A DNA stretch of 64,000 nucleotides from Perna viridis (GCA_037379345.1 CM074520.1:33700664-33764663); one strand, 5' to 3'; counted from the first letter of the stretch, positions 47,601-60,455 are shown. Made by a program: numbers and translations. Notes: generated from the sequence alone by a model not told the origin.

Positions 47601-50600
47601 AGCTGAATAGGACTCAGAAAAACGAAGTACAAAATATGGGAAGATTTATTGCAAACATATTTAAGAATATTGTTAGAAAAATTTTCAAATCAATTGCTTA
47701 TCAGTGAAAAAATTGACAGGATAAATAATGTGTTGCTAAATGGAAAAGTTTTTTGATAATATGTGAAAGAAAAGAAGTTTTTTCTGACTAACTGTCCTGA
47801 ATTTGGAATGGACAATGAGCTTTGCATACTTTCAGATGATGTAAGATTATCCCAACACTGGAATTGTTCGCGTCTGTTGTACTTTCATCATGAATTTCCA
47901 AAAGCAACTGGGTATTGATGAAGGTCTTGTAGTTTTCTATAAAAGTATGCCTGTAACAGCCACTCCATTCGGCTAATTTTTTACGATTCGATTTCATGTT
48001 ATATATTAAATTCATGATAAATATGTTTACTGTATTTTCAATTTATAGGAACCAGAGCACATATAGGTTATGTTCTAATAACATACAAATACGTACTCAT
48101 ATAGTCTAAATACTTCTGTGGTCTGTCTTATGGTAGACCATGTGAGTGCACTGGTATGGTCAGACCATACAGGTTTCTCATATATGGTCCAAATACTCGT
48201 ATGTTCTGGAACATATACTTATATCTATTGTTGATATTAATGATAACAGAGTTTCAATATGTGAGCATCCTACTCGAGGATATAAAGCCTATTATTATAT
48301 AGATAGCAGTGATTTATTGAATGTTCCCAGTGTAAAAATTTTTGATAATTCACACTGTGAAATAAATTCAGTAATTTCACTCTTTCATTTTCTCCTGCCA
48401 GAACATCACTACACAAATATCAATCCGCCGTTCACAAAATTTTAAATTCATGTTGAAAATAGCAACGGATAATGGAGGCAATCTATATAATAGATAGGAT
48501 TAATAATTGGTTATTGTGAATAACAAAAATATGAACACTTGCGCCAAGAACACATTAAGATTTAACTTGTGTGCAGAACAAGTTCCACACACCTGTGTAA
48601 ATCTAGGCATTCTTCAGCACTTGTGACTATATTTTGGTTATTCACTCTTTCCAATTAATTATCCTATTATTATTTAACTGGATATAGAACATCTTCAATG
48701 CTTTTTCTTTCATAATCAGCTGCAGGGGTGAATATTTATCCTTAGCATCCTTTTACAAAGCTTACATAAATTTTACATGCATGTAACACCCATTGGTTTG
48801 TTAAGTATATACATGTACATTAGTCTTTGTGAAATGATACCCTAAACCTTTCTAAATTAAAAATCAATGGGCTCTATGGAAGAAAGCCAAAAGCCCTGAA
48901 TATAGTGTCAATGAACATGGTTGACAGTTCAGAACCTAAGCATATAAGATTTCAAAGATACAATGTCAGAAATTAAATTCAGTGTCCCAGACGTCATATC
49001 CACATTAATTTGAGCCCATGTGTTACTTTCAACAAAAATGGATATACCTGTTTTTGTATATTTACTTCTTTGAACATTTATATACACTATAAAGTATACA
49101 TACTTCTATTTGAACATGTGTGTTTCCAATAGCAACGATCCTATTTAAGGTATATGAATTTTCAGTATTCTTTTAAAGGGCTGGTGCAATAGCTAGAGCA
49201 CTGGACCTTGGAGCTGATATAGTAATAACAGGAAGATGTGTAGATAGTGCCCTTGCTCTTGGCCCTCTTGTGCATGAAGTAAGTTGGTATATGTCAAACA
49301 GATTTCGACTAATCATGATCATGGAAAGGCATATAGTACTATTACAACAACAAAATCTTGCTTGGTATAATTTGAGGGTTGATTTAAAAAAAGTTACAGC
49401 AAAAAGTCTTACCTGAAAAAAAAATTATCAAATACTGTGTGCTTTTAAAGTACTAGTTCATATTAAATTCAGACATTGCCTATGGTAGAGGTGATTTATG
49501 GTGCAGAAAAGCTCACCAAACAATTACTTTTTTCAATCTACATATGCCAAGTCCTTTCTGCATACAGATTTTATTTTGGAGAAAATCATGCATTCATCAA
49601 TCAAGTCAAGAACAATAACTCTTGCAAAGTGACAATTTCATATGCAATATATATATTCTCTGTCTCTAAAGTACAACAATCTAATGACACTTGAAGCTGG
49701 TTATGTGGTCTGTAACTGAAATTGGCAGGTTTTTGAAATGCATGAATCAACTCCTGTCTGATTTTTATAAAGAATGCTACTTGAGAAGACCTGATTTTTT
49801 TGTTCTTACAGTTTCAGTGGAACATGACAGACTTTGATCATCTAGCTGCTGGAAGGTTTGTTTTTATGATAGATAGTGTTTTCATGAGTAAACATGAATT
49901 AGTGAGTTTGAGAATTACAGTAAAACCTGTCTAAACTGATTTGTGAATACTTCAAAAATATAACTACAGCAAAATAGAATAAAAGTGACTATGCATTTGG
50001 AAAAAAAATATCAAAGCTTTTCTGTAGCAAATATCTAGGAAGTAACTTAAACAAAGGCGTGAAAAATTCCAGCATTAATGATTGCAATTTTATCATTTTA
50101 ATTAAAAACTCTTTATTTTATGATTTTGAGAAAAATCCTGCATCAGTGATTGTTAAAAGTCACAATGAGAAGTTTAACTAAATGTGATTTTATGTCTGTA
50201 TTTTTGGCAATAATGAAAATGTCACAATACTTTCTAACTTTACCATACCAAGAAATACTTTAGTAATATCATGCATTTGGAAACTCATTACTAGTAGGTT
50301 CACTGTTTAGAAAATGATATACAATGAAAATTATCTGAACTGAGCCCTGAGTAATTAAAAAAAAAAACTGTCTAAGCCAAACATTTTTTAAAAGTCCCTT
50401 GGTATCAATTTAATGTAAATTCCAAAGGGGTTCATTATAGATTGTTTTTAGGGTTTATCATTATGGACTTGGATACCTTATTCTTGACGTATTGAAATTT
50501 AATTACAGCTTGGCTGGTCACTTAATAGAATGTGGTGCTCAAGTTACAGGAGGTATTTTTACAGACTGGAAGAAGGTTCCTAATTGGTAAGTCAAGCAAA

Positions 50601-53600
50601 CTACTTTCATGTCTTGTTTTGTTTCAACCACATATTATATCCCACTCGTATGGGGGACGATAACTGCATCCCCCCCAAGTTTGTCTGTACAGTTCTGTTA
50701 GCAAACAATTTTGATTCAGTTTCTACTGAAGGAAGTCATTCCACATTGTGTTTATTGTTATGACACAACAAGCTGTACATTGTTTCCTATTTTCATTTTG
50801 TCAATGCTTCGTCTTGCTCAACTTTATTAGAACTTACCTTTATCAAATGGCTTTATTTAAACAAAAAATCCAGTAGTTTTTAAATTGCTTCAGAACTGCA
50901 TTAATATTGATTATAATCTACTTTATCTGGACTTACCTTCAACAAAAAGCTTTAGTTTAAAAAAAATTCCAGTTGTTTTTTTTTCAATTTGCTTTTGATC
51001 TTCTTTTCTATTGGTGTGTAATCGACACATCTAATGTACTGAATTCGTTTTTTGGCCAAATGCAAATTATACACATTTCTTCACATATATTGTTTTGAAA
51101 ATATTTGTTTCAGGGAGCATATAGGGTTCCCAGTTGTTGAATGTAGTGCCAATGGTGATTTCTTGGTAACTAAACCCAAAGGAACAGGAGGATTGGTCAG
51201 TAAAGCTACTGTTAGTGAACAACTAGTGTATGAAATAGCTGATCCAACCAAGTATTATCTACCAGATGTAGTGTGTGACTTTACTCATGTCAAACTTGAT
51301 GAGATACACTGTAAGTAGCCTGATGAATGATTTGAAGAAAGGATTTTAGAAGCAATGAATTATGAAAACATGATGGTATGGTTTTTGGTTTTGTTTTTAT
51401 TTGATAAAAATTTAAAGAATTGTTTAAGAACTTTAATTTATAACTTTTCTCTTTGACATATTCATACTATATCCATTCTCGTTATATATTTGTGCTTCCA
51501 GTATAACTGTTTGCACATATAACATGTTTTAAGCTGTAAATTCTGCTCTTTGTATATTACATCTATATGCTAATATAGTAGCATATAGATGTAATATACA
51601 TGTAATTGGTCATTGTACACTGCATCAGTAAATTTTTATAATATCCAGCTTAATGCTGCTCATATTTCCTTTTTCACCCCACTGCAAAGACTGAGTAATG
51701 ATTTCAGTTTACCCACAAGTGGACATGACAATTGAGTATTTTATACTCTATAATATTTTGATTGCTGTATCATACATGTTTTTATAAATTTTATAATAAT
51801 TAAACAGCTGGAACAGATGATTCTGCTGTGTTTGTTACTGGTGCAAAAGGGAACCCTCCAACTAGTCAGTACAAGGTACAATTTCTTAACATGCAACTCA
51901 AAAGAGTTTCATACCATCATTTTATTTCATTCTTCAAGTTTCTAGATAAAATTTGTGTTAAAACTATGTGTTGGAGTGACTTCATCAGAAAAGTTGATAC
52001 ATATGAAAACTGTGATATTTAAATTTAATAATGTCCAACATTTTATGCTTTTGAACAGAAAGATCTAAGTTTAGCAGTAGAAAAGGCTCTTTTCATCGTC
52101 TTGTGCCTGCCATTATTTATTGAAGGTCTATTTAATACTGTAAAAGTACTTTTATTGGTGTGTAGCAATTTGCTAGGATTATAGAAAGATATCAGTTCGT
52201 AGATTTATGACTTTGTGGAGTTAACATTTCCATCATACAACTGAACTTGAAATGCTCTTTTTGTCAGGAACTGAATTTTGTAGTGTGACAAACCCAAGAA
52301 AACTACAAAAATCTGAGGTTTACCTCCTTAAATAGAATTCTTTTCAAATGTACTGAACATAACATTATACTCTTTTCTTCAATATTATAAAGTCTAGTGC
52401 TACATATGCTGATGGCTTTAGGACTACAGCTGTAGCTGTTATAGGTGGTCCTAATACTAAACAGAAAGGACAGAAAACTGCAGAAGAAATTTTAAAAAGG
52501 TATTTGTACATTTCTGAAGTCAGTGATCAGGGACACAAAGCAGCCATGTTTACAAAAGAACTGTAAATGTTAAATCATAATACAATTTTGTATAGAATAA
52601 GGTATGATTAGTTTAATGTCTGGAAGTGTGGCATGACGTATGCATGGTTTGAAAAGGAGTAACATATATTTGAATAGATATTGTTTTGGAAAATCAAATA
52701 TGTTCTTTTAGATGCAAAGTACTTGATATTAATATAGGAATTGACAGCCACTTCTTAACCTTTGTAGTAGCAATTGAATTGAATATATGGACACATATTG
52801 AGTTTTTTTGGTATTGAAATTGTGGATAATAGATGCTGAAAAATTCTTAAATCTGAACGATGATTGATTGATTTTTTGACAAACTTGATTTTGAAAAACT
52901 TATTTCTAGTGCTTGCTAACAACATACAAGGTGTTATTTTGGTAGAAATTTCTTATAATGTTTTACTGCAAATTAAGTTTTATATCTGGGAATTTTATTT
53001 TCATGCCATTCATAGTTATAGATTTATGAATATTGAATTGAAGATTTCAATGGAAAATTCATTGGGAATAAAATTTTCAATTTGATAGAACATGAAAAGC
53101 ACACATATTAGTAATTCCTCCACACATGTATCTTTACATGAAAAAAATATTGCTACTCCTAGTACTATTTTAGATGTAGAAGAATATACAAGCAGTTGAA
53201 CTTAGAAGATTTTAGTCGAGTAAACATTGAAATGATTGGTTCAGAAAATAACTATGGGCCTATGTCAGCAGTTCCTAATGTAAGTCTGTGTTATAATAAA
53301 TGCTCTTCTTATACCCTGCAAACATAGTATAGGATATGTAGGAATCACTCTGTTCCTCCATGTGGCTGTTTGTCTAATCACATATCTTGTCAGAGTAAAT
53401 CTCCTTAACCACTTGAAAGATAATGATGAAATTTTTTAGGGTGGTTGTGTATTATATGGATATTGTAAACGTAATAATTCTTGTGGTTGCTAATTTTACC
53501 AGATTCTCTCATATGACCATATTTGCAGATACCAATTTTCAGGATTTCAAATGAAAAATGATAAGCATTATATTATGTTTAAAATCTATCTTGCAGGGTA

Positions 53601-56600
53601 TATTTTCTGTCCATAGGGGAAAATAGTGAAAATTAGTATGTTTACAGTATTGTCTTATGCCTCCTAAAGATCAATAAATTCCATTGTATTTACTTTTTTT
53701 TATTTTTATTTATTTTTTTTTTTTTTGGGTGGGGGGTTACTCTAGCGACCTTGCTCACAATATTTCTACTTTGTATTAGCCTCTAATTATATTATTATTG
53801 TTCACACTCTCATGGGTATCTATGCAATGCAAGTTCTAATATAGATACCTCTCTGAAGCTGAGATATTTTATGCTGCCATATACTTCTCACAAATACAAC
53901 TATACAATTATTATACAGGGCGTCAGAGATGGTGTTCTATGGATGGCTGTACAACATCACCAAAAGAAAGCATTAGAATTTTTAGCCAAAGAAATAGCTC
54001 CTGCTGGTACAGGAATGGGTAAGTCAATATTAGGCAGACTATGACCAATTAGGCTATAAAGCTGATCAAATGAAAAACCTCCATGAAAATTTAAGAAATT
54101 TAATTGTATATGTGTGTGTGTGATTATGGTAGTCAAGTGATGTTTATAGCATTATAACTTTCATCCATTAACCTTAATGATGTTTTCTGTCAGAACAAAT
54201 CATAAGAAATGGCCTGCTCAAGGTTATGGAACCATAATTATATGATTTTATACTATCATCTTTTTGTAGACAAACTTAATTTTTTTTTTAATCGCAGACA
54301 TTCAAAATGATAACAATCATATATTGCCCTTGTTATATGTAGAGCTTAGTTTTGTTTTCACCTTTAGTTTATTTTTTATGTTACTTGAATATATAGGGTC
54401 AACTCTTGTGTCTAATGATGTTTTGGGGCCAGCTGCAGTCTGCCGTGTGATGATATTTCCTTGTTGTTCATTGAAGACCAATGGGTGGCTTTGGGCTGAC
54501 ATTTTCATCTCGATGGGGTTGTTGTCTTTTTGACATATACACCATACCTATTCTCGTTATATGTTGAATACAATGTCATTGTATATCAGGTGACATTAGT
54601 GCTGGCATCTAATTGTTGTTTATTGAAATTGTTTTGCTTTAAATATTTTGTTATATTTTTTTATATATAGCACCAGGACTGACAGGATTGGTTGGTGGGA
54701 GACCAAGAGTGTAAGTAATGTCTGAAAATCTGTTTCTGAAATGCAATGGAATTATAGAGATGTTTATTCTGCATGACATAGATAGATATTTGATATCTTA
54801 ATTTTCTTTTCACTATATTCGTGGTAGGTATTTTACCATAAATACATCCAATGCCTGTTTGAATACATAACACAAGGCAATGATAAAAAACACATTAAAC
54901 ATTGCTTAAACATCCAAAGAAAAAGGTACCAATTATATTATATTTCATTAATAATGAAACTGTGCATTCAGTAGTGAAGTAAAGTGGGGAAGATATCCAT
55001 TAGGCAACCACCCACGCAATTATATGCAAATAAAGTAAAAACAAGAGGTCACAAGAGTATTTTTTTACACTTAAATGAATGACACTGACATAAAACTCTG
55101 TGTTTGATGTTATCTTACTTGAGTAATAATATAAACCAGTATTTCTTTGTTTTATGTTTTACAGAACCCCAGTTTTAAGGTTGTTTTCATTTCTGTATCC
55201 CAAGTCTGACATCCAGGTTTGTAATGTAGAAACCAGGGTAAAAACAAATATTTTTGTTTGATATACATTTTATTTTTATTACTCCAGTAAGATTACCAGA
55301 GGGCCATTTTTATAATCCAACAATTTCTTTAAAATAAACTGTAAATAATTAGTAGAGGTCATAACAGGATAACAAAAAAGATGATGAAAAATTGATAAAA
55401 TTTCAGAATTTTTATAGCACTGTTGGGCATAAGGTATAGATATGTAGGAGGGAATATTATTATTGCCAGAGGACTCTGAAAGGAAATACATGTAATCCAA
55501 TTCGACATGGGTTTTTTTTGCATGTAACATGCCCAATTGATGTAGGGACCTGTTCTTATATTTTGAATAATGTGAATGTAATAGAAAGGGTTAAATTATT
55601 TAAGGGAAGCGGCCATAATAAAAATTGCAATTTTGTCAAAAATGCCAAAACTGTGATAAGAAATGCAATTAACATTTTCTGTTTTACATTTATACTTGAT
55701 AACAGATGTGGGCTGATAGATTTATCAAATGAAGAAATTTACAAGAACTTTTTAAAATAATGTAGTGCAGAACAATTGTATAACCAAATGGATTACCTGC
55801 ATAGTTAATTATGTAAATGGAATGTAGCCTTCTTTTAAGATGAAATAGATTAATGGATAAAATATGTCACCTGAATTGCAAAAAGTAACGCATGCTGTAA
55901 ACAGGAAATGAAATAATGTAATTATAATGAATTCAATTGGTATTATTAATATTTTAGATTGATATCTATATGAATGGAGAGCATAAAGAGAAGTTCCTGC
56001 CTGAAGAAGTGCCTACCTCAGAGTATACTAAATCAGCTAGCAAAGGGGTAGAGGTTGAGGGATCAGTGCCATCCGGAAATCATTCTTACAGATTAGAGGA
56101 ATTGGCTTACACCAGAAGTGGTGACAAAGGCAATACCTGTAACATTGGTAATTCCTCTAAATATATTAGTTGCTGATGTTTTAAGGACCTATGGTAAGGG
56201 GTGCAACTCTTACAAATCATTGGAACGTTTGTATTCACCATTTTACATCAATCTCATGTAAACATCAAAGTAACTTAGACTGATTTTATTACTATAAATA
56301 TGTTACCATCATAAATTCTGATTAAGTTCATCTGCGCAAGTCAAGCAGGAATCCCCTATCTAAAAATATCATCCAATGGGATGACCTTATAGTAGCCATC
56401 TACCCTTTATTCATCCATTTTAATTTCCACCTGCGCAAGAAGACACATGTGGTAAATGATATTGTGAATAATATTGAAATTTTGTGATATTAGAAATCCC
56501 TCTTTTTGAGGAATTTTCTGTTATATATTTATTATTTTTGTATATTGATACTTTATTATGGAGTTTAATGTTAACAGCCCATTTCAAGCCATTACTGGCA

Positions 56601-59600
56601 ATGACGTTTTTTTGGATGGGTTGTTACCTTACGATAGTCAGGTGGCTACTCCAAATGTGTCTAGTCAATCAACCGATGTTTTAACTTTGGTGACTAACAC
56701 TACTATTCTACAGACCCCGGTTGTAGGTTCTGTGGATAGTAATAGAGTAATCCCTACTTTAGGTACGGTAACTCTTACAATATCTAGGCCAGTAGACACC
56801 ACAGGTTCAGTTTCCTGTACCCCTGGTGTTTCTATGGGTCTAAATTTACCTGGTTCAAGGCCTCCAGTGTCTTACTGTGGTGTTACTTTGCCCTCCTCGG
56901 CTAATAACCCCATGTCTTGGTCAAGACATCCCTGGCCTCAGACTTACTCTTATCCAGGTTTTCCTGGTCAGGTTTTTCCTGGTTTCTGGCCTTATGGTAA
57001 CAACTTTGGACCTATTGGTCCTCAAAGTTTCACTCCTAGTTTGTCAACCCCTGCTCCTTCTGTAGCAGTGCCTTCTAGTAGTGTTACTATACCTGCAACT
57101 GCACCTATCTCTTCTGTTAGGTGTCAGTTTAATCAGGTTACTAACTCCGCCCCCTCATTAGATGGGTTTAAGAGTGTTTTAGATGACTTTCATCAATCCA
57201 TATCTTCTGAGTTTGTTGCTTTCTCCAATTTTCTCACAGCTTTGGAGAAAAATACCAACCAACCCACACCAAGCTCCTTTATGACTCCACTTCCTACAGT
57301 TCACAACTCTGAAAGTGAACATGAGGATAGTGATGATGAGGAACACTTTTCAGTGGCCCCAGGTAGTCAGGAAGGCAATTTTTCCTCTGGTGAAGAAGGT
57401 GAAATTAGGGATCAGGTTCCTCAGAATGTTTCTGTTCATAATACTGCTCCTTCTGTTATTGGTCGGTCTCCTAACAATTCCAACTAGGCTGCTGAAAGTG
57501 AGGATACTCCTGCTTTGAAGGATCGTAGAGATTCAGTTTACTCTATTATGAGAGACGTCAATAAGGTGTCATTTCAGTCACTTCCCAAACCTAAGAGACT
57601 CACTTCAACTTTTGAAGCTTCTTGTGGTTTGTCTAATGACCTACCTAAGTCTCATACTAGTTTCCCAGAATCCAATCACACGTCCACTTCTCTTCAAATT
57701 GTTAATGAAGGTATCATAGCCAATGAATCTCATTTTTCCAAGGTAAGTGGTTTTGGTATAACTTCCTTTAATGATCATTTCCAATCTAGGGATTATGATA
57801 TTTCCAATTCCACTTTGGGTAAGTTGGTTCCTTCTTGTGGTAAAGCCTTTTCTTCTTTAATTAATTCAAAGCCTGTGGATGGACTGCGTCTTTCTCAGTA
57901 TGTCTGGTCTAAAACGGAGAATCTTCTTAGAAATGCTTCTTACGTACTAGGTACAGCAGAACATTATTTGTCTGCTGTAGCCCCCTTACTGAAAGATATT
58001 GCTCTTCCTACTTCAGGTTGATAAAGCTGTAGGCTCTTCTCAGCTCTTACTTATGGGAAGTTGGCAAATTTTACCTTATCCAAAAGATCTGAGATTCTGG
58101 ATAAAGCTAGAGTTTCTGACAGTCTGACGGATTGTTTGTTGAAATCTCCATTGGACGACAAACTTTTTGGTCTTCCTCTTGACGAGATTCAGAAACAGCT
58201 CATTCATACTCCAGCAGCAGTAAAGGTGAACGTTTCTCTCTCGGGAAATAACTCTTAGAGAGGGGGATTAACTCCAAAATTCAAGGAACTACCACCTCTT
58301 TCACCAGTTCATATTCTACTGTCCAACACAACTCATCTGCAAAAAATATCTCTTCGCTCAGCAGAGATAGATTGTCTTTTGACCAAGAAAGGAGTAGAGG
58401 AAGTTCTTGTATCATCAATAGATCCAGACTTCTATTCTCGGATTTTCCTTGTTCCAAAGAAAACAGGAGGAATGAGACCAGTCATCGACCTGTCCATTTT
58501 CAACCTTTATCTGGCTGTTCCCCACTTCAAGATGGAGACCAATCATTCTATCAGAGCTTCAATACTTCCAGGTATGTGGACCACTTCCCTGGATTTGACA
58601 GACGCTTATTTCCCTATTCCAATATGTCCTTCTGACCGAAAATTTCTTTGTTTTGTCTGGAACAACAAGGTTTACCAATTCAGAACATTACCATTCGGCT
58701 TATCTACTGCAACTCTAGTTTTCACCAAGGTTATGCAGACTGCCATAGCTCATCTTCACTCTCAGGCCATTCAGATTCATTCTTATCTTATTTTTTTGTA
58801 TAGCTTCTTGCTTACTTTTGAAAATTAAATGGATGAATAAAGGGTAGATGGCTACTATAAGGTCATCCCATTGGATGATATTTTTAGATAGGGGATTCCG
58901 CCTGCTTGACTTGCACAAATGGACTTACTCAGAATTTATAATGGTAAGTATTTATTTTATAAAATCCTATTTTACTTTAAAAATTTTAAATTTCATTCTG
59001 TTTCAAATGAAAGCTTGATAGGTTTTGGAGAATTTAATATAATACAAACATATCACAGATTTCAAAAAGTTATGTCCCTTACCTTTGGTATACCTCCTTA
59101 AGACTTCTGAATTAGTTATCAAATTATCATTTAGTTCATTTTGATAAAAGTATACCTGAAAAGATGTGAATATAAGGTAAATTTTATAGTAATACAAAAA
59201 AAAAAATACATGTAGGAGAATTTTCTTTATTTGAAATAATCCTATCAAATGATATCCAGTTTTGCATCAACTAGAAATAGTTGTACATGCATATTTTCAT
59301 AAAAAATAAAAACCAAAAAAAACTGTTGAACAAATCCTTATGTTAATTTATAAGCTTACAACCTTGAAATAGATATTTTTGACAATATCAATAATAACAA
59401 TGGATTAGTAGATCCATTTTTAAGGATATCAGACTTGTGGAGACTGCTTTATGAACTACCATGATATTTCTATCTTTGTTTTTCTGTAGGTGTTATAGCC
59501 AGACACCCTGCAATTCTTCCCTACCTCAGAAGTCAGTTGACACAAGATGCTGTACAGCAATACTTTTTCCATCTATTTGACAATCCTTCTAATGCAAGTG

Positions 59601-60455
59601 TGCAGAGGTATGCTTTACTGTTATGAATTATATTACAGAATTTGTTACAATGTCTATCTTTGTATACCTGGCATGTTTACTTGTGTACACTGACAGAGGC
59701 AGAATAAAGGAATTTTCTTATATTAGTACTGAAGACAAATTACATAGTACAATGTGATAATTTGTACACTCATTTTTTTGCTACTCAGTGCAAGTTTTCT
59801 TTATTTTCAAATCTGAATTGGTATTCTTGGTAGTTTGGATTTCTACTAGATTATGCCATTGTTGAGTATTGTTTCTGTTTGTAGCTAGTGTATTTATTTA
59901 TTTTTTATTGTAGATATGATCTACCAGGTATCCATGCTATGAATTTTGTACTCCCTGAATCACTTGGAGGTGGAGGTATAGCCTCTTTAAGAAGTGATCC
60001 TCAGGTAATGAATAATGCATGTAAAGATATCAGGGAAGTCTCTACAACAATGCAATTTAACATGTAATTAGGAAAGTGTAACATTCTTGTGGCTATGAAA
60101 TTAAGAAGAAATTATTTGCTTTTTTACAACATTTTTATACTGCAGCAAAAATATTACTGTCATGAAATGTTATGGTGCAGTTTTGAAATTGTTGTTGTCT
60201 GCATTCATAGACTTAAGTTGATGTCGTCAAAAGTTGTGAGCTGAATCTTGCCATGTAAATGTATTTAGCTTTGGGAGTTTTAGTCCTGTATTCCTGTATT
60301 CATTGCAATCTTCTTCACCCCCATTAATTTGAATAGTTCTCCTAGTTAATAATAGAATCTGTTTATGTTTTCAGGGAAAAGCTTATGGACAGATGATGTT
60401 GGACTTCGTTATAAAGGATGTTCCAGATTTGTCTCAGTACATGAGGGCTCAATAA
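41440..60455 (+). CDS. atuA: AtuA/DUF1446 (acyclic terpene utilisation family) protein, complete, 19 exons, 643 aa, probable mitochondrial presequence
   Basis: Motifs [120 protein letters not shown]. 1932 nt in frame from ATG to TAA. Confidence 0.93.
42874..43689. mobile_element. Non-autonomous TIR transposon with perfect 8-bp TSD
   Basis: TIRs GGAGCTCCTGTACTTGGC / GCCAAGTACAGGAGATCC extend imperfectly for ~100 bp; AGTACATG duplicated at 42866-42873 and 43690-43697. Confidence 0.8.
45378..45732 (+). mobile_element. ~370-bp interspersed MITE-like repeat, copy C
   Basis: Shares AGGTGAAACA, TTTGCACCATCA, ATAATGGTCTTTTCAAAT and GACATGCATGTTTCTGATTT blocks with copy A. Confidence 0.65.
45889..45989 (+). 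CDS. atuA: AtuA-like exon 2
   Basis: tttcag|(A)[33 protein letters not shown]|gtaagt. Confidence 0.93.
46474..46543 (+). CDS. atuA: AtuA-like exon 3
   Basis: tgatag|[24 protein letters not shown]|gtaagt. Confidence 0.93.
46770..46900 (+). CDS. atuA: AtuA-like exon 4
   Basis: taacag|(G)[12 protein letters not shown]...[10 protein letters not shown]|gttagt. Confidence 0.93.
47243..47331 (+). CDS. atuA: AtuA-like exon 5
   Basis: tttcag|[15 protein letters not shown]...SMNAYL|gtgaga. Confidence 0.92.
49179..49278 (+). CDS. atuA: AtuA-like exon 6
   Basis: ttaaag|[33 protein letters not shown]|gtaagt. Confidence 0.93.
49812..49855 (+). CDS. atuA: AtuA-like exon 7
   Basis: ttacag|[14 protein letters not shown]|gtttgt. 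Confidence 0.9.
50509..50586 (+). CDS. atuA: AtuA-like exon 8
   Basis: ttacag|[25 protein letters not shown]|gtaagt. Confidence 0.94.
51114..51310 (+). CDS. atuA: AtuA-like exon 9
   Basis: tttcag|[10 protein letters not shown]...[24 protein letters not shown]...EIH|gtaagt. Confidence 0.94.
51808..51875 (+). CDS. atuA: AtuA-like exon 10
   Basis: aaacag|[22 protein letters not shown]|gtacaa. Confidence 0.9.
52393..52499 (+). CDS. atuA: AtuA-like exon 11
   Basis: ataaag|[19 protein letters not shown]...EEILK|gtattt; acceptor is a weak AAG. Confidence 0.85.
53174..53279 (+). CDS. atuA: AtuA-like exon 12
   Basis: ttttag|[29 protein letters not shown]...PN|gtaagt. Confidence 0.92.
53919..54018 (+). 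CDS. atuA: AtuA-like exon 13
   Basis: atacag|[13 protein letters not shown]...[10 protein letters not shown]|gtaagt. Confidence 0.93.
54671..54710 (+). CDS. atuA: AtuA-like exon 14
   Basis: atatag|(A)[12 protein letters not shown]|gtaagt. Confidence 0.92.
55165..55216 (+). CDS. atuA: AtuA-like exon 15
   Basis: ttacag|[17 protein letters not shown]|gtttgt. Confidence 0.9.
55958..56147 (+). CDS. atuA: AtuA-like exon 16
   Basis: ttttag|IDIYMNGEH...[19 protein letters not shown]|gtaatt. Confidence 0.93.
56558..58258 (+). pseudogene. DIRS gag-like ORF1, interrupted
   Basis: ORFs 56558-57487, 57515-58021 and 58061-58258 share one frame, broken by TAG 57485 and TGA/TAA ~58019-58024; Ser/Pro-rich N-terminus. 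Confidence 0.7.
58259..58790 (+). pseudogene. DIRS reverse transcriptase fragment truncated at the YLDD motif
   Basis: RT motifs run to ...IQIHSYL, then homology stops; no DD, RNase H or recombinase before the right ITR. Confidence 0.88.
59490..59607 (+). CDS. atuA: AtuA-like exon 17
   Basis: ctgtag|(G)[17 protein letters not shown]...SVQ|gtatgc. Confidence 0.93.
59914..60004 (+). CDS. atuA: AtuA-like exon 18
   Basis: ttgtag|[30 protein letters not shown]|gtaatg. Confidence 0.94.
60375..60455 (+). CDS. atuA: AtuA-like exon 19 (stop codon)
   Basis: tttcag|[26 protein letters not shown]. Confidence 0.93.
   Translation, partial: GKAYGQMMLDFVIKDVPDLSQYMRAQ

Larger units (their letters stand above)
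56303..58951 (+). mobile_element. DIRS1-like (tyrosine-recombinase class) retrotransposon, internally deleted and degenerate, in AtuA-like intron 16
   Basis: ~125-bp inverted terminal repeats (~56303-56427 and ~58821-58948); gag-like ORF; DIRS-type RT fragment [21 protein letters not shown]...HFKMET...SLDLTDAYF...[13 protein letters not shown]. Confidence 0.88.

Noticed and set aside
56558-57487. Independent nested 309-aa host gene
   Set aside because: It lies between DIRS ITRs and continues in frame past a premature stop; it is a gag remnant.
58943-58951. U1 snRNA gene (ATACTTACC on the minus strand)
   Set aside because: Only 9 nt match; the rest is DIRS ITR with no U1 body or Sm site.
41440-60455. 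Bacterial contamination or recent horizontal transfer of atuA
   Set aside because: The gene has 18 canonical spliceosomal introns, host-like composition and is physically linked to JIP3/4; only ancient transfer remains possible.
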